Shown here piece after piece: positions 7,639 through 12,084 of a stretch of DNA of 12,084 nt. Every line of letters begins with the position of its first letter. Position 1 is the first letter of the stretch. The stretch covers positions 1-12,084 of the forward strand of contig JAYTHP010000151.1 of NCBI GenBank assembly GCA_043732485.1, given 5' to 3'. Under the pieces are notes generated by a model. That model was given only the letters and a program-made list of their open reading frames with translations, was not told the DNA's origin and did no database searches. The position numbers were made by a program, and so were the translations under genes. The DNA comes from Oligoflexia bacterium (GTDB lineage Bacteria > Bdellovibrionota > UBA1018).

Positions 7639-8730
7639 TTACTGAGACTTCTTTTGCTCTAACTCTTCATCAATGATTTCGGAAAACGCTTCAATCGGCA
7701 AGGCGCCATTGATCAGCTGACCGTTGACAAAAAAGGTCGGGGTGGATTTCACGCCTACTTTCTCGCCTTCGTCAATGTCCTTTTGCACGGTAGCCGCAAA
7801 GCGCTTGCTTTCAAGGCAGGTTTTAAAGGGCTCAAGGGCGCCTCCTGCCTGCTTGGCATAACTTTCCAGGCTTTCACGGTCGAGTTTGTTTTGATTTTTG
7901 AAAGCGATATCATGAAATTTCCAGAACTTCTCAGCACTTTGCTCGTTCATACACAAGGAGGCTTCGGCTGCAAGCTTCGCGTCTTGATGCATGGGGAGCG
8001 GAAATTGTTTGAAGGCAATTTTCACTTTCTTGCCATATTTCTCTTTCAATTCATGTACGGCCGTGGCGCCACGGGAGCAATACGGGCATTGAAAGTCAGA
8101 AAACTCGATGATCGTCACCGGTGCATCGGCCGGACCAAAAAAGGGCGCGCTGCCGACGTCTACAGCAATATTCATCTGCGGTCGCTTGAAGAAAACCACC
8201 ACCGGCTGATCTTGGGTCAGTTTGGCAACGAAAGCTTCGACTTTTTCCCCCTGTTTCGTGCCTTTTAAGTAGGCTAAAATACGCTCTTTGACGGAAGGAT
8301 TAATCTGCTTTTTATCAATGCCTTTTTCAACGATGAATTTTTCCAGCTCACTGTCTGTGATTTTAATCTCACCGCCTAGCACTTTCTTTTCAATGAATTC
8401 GTCGAGCGGTAGATTGGCTTTTTTAGCCAGCGGGCCGATCAGTTTTTCTTGCGTGAGCTTCTGAATGCGTTGCATTTTTAGCTCATATTCGCGCTTTTCT
8501 AGCTCAAAAAAGTCCATTTTATCAGTGCCCACCAGCGCTTCTTGAGTGATTTCTTCGCCGGCAATGAGGGCAACGACCCCAGGTTTGCCGGGATCTTTGT
8601 GGACAATTCTGAGTTTTGCCCGCGCGGTTCCGGTGCAGGCGGTGACGCCAAGCAGCAAGACGGCAGACAGGCCGCTTGTCGCAAGCTGTGAGAGGTGCTG
8701 AGATAAGAAGTGAGAGCGAAAATGGTGCAC
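7639..8730 (-). CDS. DsbA-family thiol-disulfide oxidoreductase with an N-terminal helical (SurA-N-like) domain; probable lipoprotein
   Basis: GPADAPVTIIEFSDFQCPYC (CxxC), FPLPMH and the cis-Pro loop GVKSTPTFFVNG. Hydrophobic signal ending in a lipobox-like VTAC. GTG at 8730 has GGAGG 8 nt upstream, so it is preferred over 8751. Confidence 0.9.
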   Translation of the reverse strand: MHHFRSHFLSQHLSQLATSGLSAVLLLGVTACTGTARAKLRIVHKDPGKPGVVALIAGEEITQEALVGTDKMDFFELEKREYELKMQRIQKLTQEKLIGPLAKKANLPLDEFIEKKVLGGEIKITDSELEKFIVEKGIDKKQINPSVKERILAYLKGTKQGEKVEAFVAKLTQDQPVVVFFKRPQMNIAVDVGSAPFFGPADAPVTIIEFSDFQCPYCSRGATAVHELKEKYGKKVKIAFKQFPLPMHQDAKLAAEASLCMNEQSAEKFWKFHDIAFKNQNKLDRESLESYAKQAGGALEPFKTCLESKRFAATVQKDIDEGEKVGVKSTPTFFVNGQLINGALPIEAFSEIIDEELEQKKSQ

Positions 8731-8783
8731 GATGTTGGCCTCCCTCTCCACGCATTGGCTTTGGAGAGTCAGATTAAGGGTTA

Positions 8784-8819
8784 AATTGAGTTTTAATTCG
8801 TTTTTGGCAATTCGTTTTT
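8784..8819. repeat. Direct repeat AATTCGTTTTT x2 plus one degenerate copy
   Basis: Exact copies at 8795-8805 and 8809-8819; AATTGAGTTTT at 8784-8794. Confidence 0.75.
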
Positions 8820-8845
8820 AGTGATTCAATAACAGCCAGCCTTTG

Positions 8846-8875
8846 ATGCTACTTGGATTGGCGGATCACTTGCAA
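8846..8875 (-). promoter_or_regulatory. Candidate sigma70 promoter for the DsbA-family gene
   Basis: Minus strand TTGCAA-N18-TAGCAT within an AT-rich intergenic region; pattern match only. Confidence 0.4.
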
Positions 8876-8935
8876 CAGAAATTCACGAAAATTACAAGCT
8901 AACTAGAAAATCTTGCAGCGCTCCGTGTTTTGTCT

Positions 8936-10039
8936 TCAAAAAAGCTGAGCCAAATCGTGCAGTCGTAGCAAGCCTTCCCACGCGCCTTGGGCATTAATCA
9001 CGGGCAGCACGTTGATCTGACTAGAGCGATCTTCCATCAGCCGCAAGGCGGTGATGGCCAACGCCTCGGGGTCAATAAAAACGGGCTGCACGGTCATAAT
9101 CTCGCGCGCCGTCCGCTGAAAAAATCCCTCCTGATCCTGGAGTGCCCGCCGGATATCGCCGTCGGTAATCAAGCCGAGCAGCTTTTCTTGCTCAACCACT
9201 AACACGGCGCCCCATTTTTTTTGCGTGGCCGCCTGAATGATCTCCGTCATGACGCTTGAGGGACTTAAGGTGGCCAACTGATCGGGGGTGAGCATCAGGT
9301 CTTTGACCTTGCATTGCAGGCGATAACCCAAGGCGCCGCCGGGGTGATAGGCTGCAAACTGCTGGGCGGTGGTGCCAGTCACGGTCATGAGGGCCATGGC
9401 CAGGGCATCACCCAAGGCCAAAGCCACCGAGGTGCTGGTGGTGGGGGCCAGTCCTAGGGGGCAGGCTTCCCGGACGTCGGAGGTTTCTAGTGCTAAATCG
9501 CCTTGCTTGGCAAGCAAGCAATGTTGATGGCTCGTGAGGGTTACCACTTTGATGCCGCGCGCGCGGATCAGCGGGATCAGTTGGTTGAGCTCCTGGGAAT
9601 TGCCACTTTTACTCAGGGCCAACACCACGTCTTGGCTTTGCAGTAGGCCTAAATCGCCGTGGTAGGCTTCCGTGGGATGCAAGAACGCCGCAGCGCTGCC
9701 GGTGCTGACCAGGGTGCTGACGATTTTTTCAGCGATTTTTCCGGACTTTCCTATCCCGGTGATCACGATTTTTCCTTGTTGTTGCAGCGCTTGGTAAAAC
9801 CAAGCGATGGCAAGTAACCAGTCTTTCGCCACCTCGGGTTGCTCCCATTGCTGACTGCTCTGGACGAGGGCTTGCGCTGCGGTCTGCAAGACCTGGGTGA
9901 GCGTCTGGGTTAAGGTGGCTTGCCACTGCTCGTCTAAAACCCCGAGCCTCGCAGGGAGGGGTTGCGGCGGCAAGGAGCGACCGGGGAGAGGAGGGGAGGG
10001 GGCTACGGACTGTGGGGGGGGGAGACTAGGAAGGGTCAT
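8936..10039 (-). CDS. kdsD: Arabinose-5-phosphate isomerase (KdsD/GutQ/KpsF family; SIS domain plus tandem CBS domains)
   Basis: GIGKSG, STG-x-x-A-x-FLHPTEAYHGDLG, SKSGNSQEL, EACPLGLAPTTST and HPGGALG, followed by two CBS repeats (GLITDGDIRR, GLLRLHDL). Start placed at ATG 10039; the 10213 extension looks non-coding. Confidence 0.92.
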   Translation of the reverse strand: MTLPSLPPPQSVAPSPPLPGRSLPPQPLPARLGVLDEQWQATLTQTLTQVLQTAAQALVQSSQQWEQPEVAKDWLLAIAWFYQALQQQGKIVITGIGKSGKIAEKIVSTLVSTGSAAAFLHPTEAYHGDLGLLQSQDVVLALSKSGNSQELNQLIPLIRARGIKVVTLTSHQHCLLAKQGDLALETSDVREACPLGLAPTTSTSVALALGDALAMALMTVTGTTAQQFAAYHPGGALGYRLQCKVKDLMLTPDQLATLSPSSVMTEIIQAATQKKWGAVLVVEQEKLLGLITDGDIRRALQDQEGFFQRTAREIMTVQPVFIDPEALAITALRLMEDRSSQINVLPVINAQGAWEGLLRLHDLAQLF

Positions 10040-10049
10040 GATAAGTTTC

Positions 10050-10078
10050 AGGATAGAGCAAAAGCGGTTGCAAATCAA
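10050..10078 (-). promoter_or_regulatory. Candidate sigma70 promoter for kdsD
   Basis: Minus strand TTGATT-N17-TATCCT. The -10 element ends 10 nt before ATG 10039 and there is no SD, implying a near-leaderless mRNA. Confidence 0.45.
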
Positions 10079-10477
10079 AAGCAAATGACGGGCAGATGAC
10101 GCTCTCGGTGGGGAGTGGTTACCCCGCTGCAGATCCAAGGCGCTGCGCGCCTGTGGGCAAGTCATCCCCACTCCCTCTTTCCTTCGCCCCGGCACCCGGT
10201 GGCCACCTCCCACGAGGCATCCCCCTAAGAAAAAAAGGGGAAGTAGGGGTGTGTGCCTGTGTGCGTGAAAAATGCTGTGGGCTTCTCTGCTTTTAAGGCA
10301 TGGGGGGTGTGTAGAGGAGAGGCGATAGGAGGAAAGAGGCGATTTTTTGGCTTTTTTGGGTGGCTGGGTCTAAAAATGCTAGGAAAAATGCAGAAAAGGT
10401 GGTGGCCTAAGAACAATACGTCTCTCAGCTGCGTGAGGGTGGGAGGCAACCAGGAGAAAGAGAGAAAACAAAGGCAG

Positions 10478-11047
10478 ATGAGTCAGCAGCAAAGTCGATT
10501 TTTTCGGAGGTTTTTGAGGCGTACAGGCTGCTGCCTGGGGCTGTGTCTTTTGATGGTGTTGCCCTCAGGGTGCATGCAGGCCTACTTAAAGTCGCTGGCC
10601 GTCAACGTCACGCAGACCTATCACCGCGTTTTTCGCACTGATTTTGAAACCGCCTGGCAGTCGTCCCTCGAGGCGTTGAAGGAAACTCAGCTGGAAACGT
10701 CGAATCATGAAGGCGGTTTGTTGCAGACCCATTGGATGGATAACACGGCTGAGCGGAATTTTGTTGATTCTTTTGGCAACGCCGGGGCCAATCTTAAAGC
10801 TCAGTACCGGGTGCGGGTTTCGTTAGCAAAAGGCTACTTTAATGGCTTGCCCAGCGTCAGGCTCAGTATTGAAAAGGAACAGCTCGTCGAGCGCGATGTG
10901 CTGGAGGGGTGGGTGCCGATTCCGACCGATGGGATTGACGAGCACACTTTACTTTACCGAATTGGTCGGATTATCGTCCTCAACGGCAAGCTTGCGGAAG
11001 CTGAGGCTGCGCGCAATAAGAAAGCCTTGGAAAAAACAGGGTTTTAG
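10478..11047 (+). CDS. Putative lipoprotein of unknown function (possibly BamC/NlpB-like alpha/beta domain)
   Basis: From ATG 10478: basic n-region (SRFFRRFLRR), hydrophobic h-region and lipobox-like LPSGC, then a globular region (FETAWQSSLEAL...GLLQTHW) reminiscent of BamC-like lipoproteins. The fold call is inference. Confidence 0.7.
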   Translation: MSQQQSRFFRRFLRRTGCCLGLCLLMVLPSGCMQAYLKSLAVNVTQTYHRVFRTDFETAWQSSLEALKETQLETSNHEGGLLQTHWMDNTAERNFVDSFGNAGANLKAQYRVRVSLAKGYFNGLPSVRLSIEKEQLVERDVLEGWVPIPTDGIDEHTLLYRIGRIIVLNGKLAEAEAARNKKALEKTGF

Positions 11048-11113
11048 TGGGCGCGGTTTAGAGAAATAAAAGTGCAAGAAGAAACGATTGTGATGAGCGC
11101 AGCAACCTCTTTA

Positions 11114-12016
11114 GAGCCCGTTTCGCAAACCCGAGTATCATAGTTTAGCTAAAATGACGCAAGCGCAGGCTAAAAATGTCATTGCCCATAGACTTCGGGG
11201 TGGTGAATCCGTCGCGTTCGAATCCCACGGTATTGATTAAGCCATGAATGGGTACGTTCAACAACCCACCGCTTGGCATTATAGCGTCGAATGGATTTAG
11301 CTTGAGCCCCGCGCTTGATAATATGAGAAGTGTAACCCCACTCTTCTACTCGCTGCCGATTGGCAGCTGAGTCGAAGCCCTTGTCTGCGCAGAGGTGCTG
11401 CTCAACTTTTTTTGGTTTAGGCCTGGGTAGTCCAATACTTTCGAGGGTTTCTTCAATCTGGTGCCTATCGGACTCGTTTGCTAGAATGATCTTAACCGCA
11501 ATAGGTATACCATTTTTGTCAGTTAAGATTATATGCTTGATTCCGGTTGGGCCCCGATCTGTTGGGTTCTTTCCAGTATTTTTAGAACATCCGGGAGCCT
11601 GTTTTAAGGACTCATCGATCGATTGGAAAGACCAATCTACGCCGAGTGTCTCATCGTACAATTGCAGTGCCTCTTCCATGAGTTGATCAAAAAAAACCGG
11701 CGCTTACCCACTTTTTTAGATATTTACCAAGACTGGTGCGGCTGCCAAAATGCCTTGGAACCAGATCCTTTTGGCATCCTGATCGAATCCAAAACAGCAA
11801 GCCACAAAAAATTTTTCGAAGGTCTGCACGGGGTCGCCCCCCTTTCGTTCCCTTGCCAGTTTCAATTTCAGAAGGCAAAATTTTCTGGATCAGTTTCCAT
11901 TCTTTTTCTGATAGAGTGCAAGTCGAGGGAATCATGTGCGCTTTTCTTGTTTGATATCTAAAAGACATACATGAATGCCCTAATTTACTCTATTTAGAGG
12001 TTTGCGAAACGGTGTC
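11114..12016 (-). mobile_element. IS5-family insertion sequence (IS427-like), 903 bp
   Basis: 18-bp terminal inverted repeats GAGCCCGTTTCGCAAACC (11114-11131) and GACACCGTTTCGCAAACC (reverse complement of 11999-12016), 2 mismatches. Flanked by a TA direct repeat (11112-11113 and 12017-12018). Encodes a DDE transposase and is visibly more AT-rich than the host genes. Confidence 0.93.
11138..11968 (-). pseudogene. IS5-family transposase, disrupted by two frameshifts
   Basis: N-terminal LSEKEW...GGRPR...RSGCQ domain (11687-11968) and DDE core IDES/ADKGFD/RWVVERTHSW (11179-11679). They join if the T8 run (11689-11696) were T7. The expected C-terminal helix AMTFLACACVILAKL* continues in another frame to TGA at 11138. 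Confidence 0.85.
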
Positions 12017-12084
12017 TAAGGCAACTTAAAAATCTTTTTACTTTTTATTTTCACTTTTCGTTAAATAATTAAAAAATAATTATA

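Noticed and set aside
616..9926. Many short antisense or alternative-frame ORFs within trpS, amidase, mutY, mutS, the DsbA gene and kdsD (e.g. 7783-8268, 3416-3862)
   Set aside because: They are shadows of well-supported genes, with no recognisable motifs.
10091..10104. GGCAGATGACGC resembles a piece of E. coli 4.5S SRP RNA and the 3' end of the fluoride riboswitch
   Set aside because: The SRP helix-8 core (CAGG...GGAAG...AGCAG) and the riboswitch 5' GGnGAUG segment are both absent.
10040..10477. N-terminal extensions of kdsD (to 10213) and the lipoprotein (from 10253), and ORFs 10096-10296 and 10225-10449
   Set aside because: They do not resemble proteins, they run through promoter-like and hairpin sequence, and the lipoprotein signal peptide begins at 10478.
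1..12084. CRISPR array, tRNA/rRNA, prophage or defence system
   Set aside because: No spaced repeats, cloverleaf, rRNA signatures or phage/defence domains were seen; nearly all the sequence is explained by housekeeping genes and one IS.

Overview
Bacterial chromosomal housekeeping region. The gene set and order resemble Bdellovibrionota/delta-proteobacteria-like genomes, but that is an inference. Minus-strand run: N-acetylmuramoyl-L-alanine amidase, M50/site-2-protease-like membrane protein, trpS, scpA (truncated at the window edge). Then mutY (+) converges on and overlaps mutS (-), followed by a DsbA-family oxidoreductase (-) with a strong intrinsic terminator, a KdsD/GutQ SIS-CBS isomerase (-), a divergent putative lipoprotein (+), and a complete-ended but doubly frameshifted 903-bp IS5-family element. 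I see no clearly new multi-gene system. The most notable details are: (1) trpS appears to start at a non-canonical AUU codon; (2) the site-2 protease homologue has lost its HExxH motif (HQxxL) and has His in place of the GPxxN Asn; (3) MutY ends in a beta-clamp-like QLSLL motif encoded in the mutS overlap; (4) a potentially structured GC-rich element and an 11-bp-period GTCAT repeat lie upstream of kdsD; (5) long poly-G tracts are in excess, all on the same strand.
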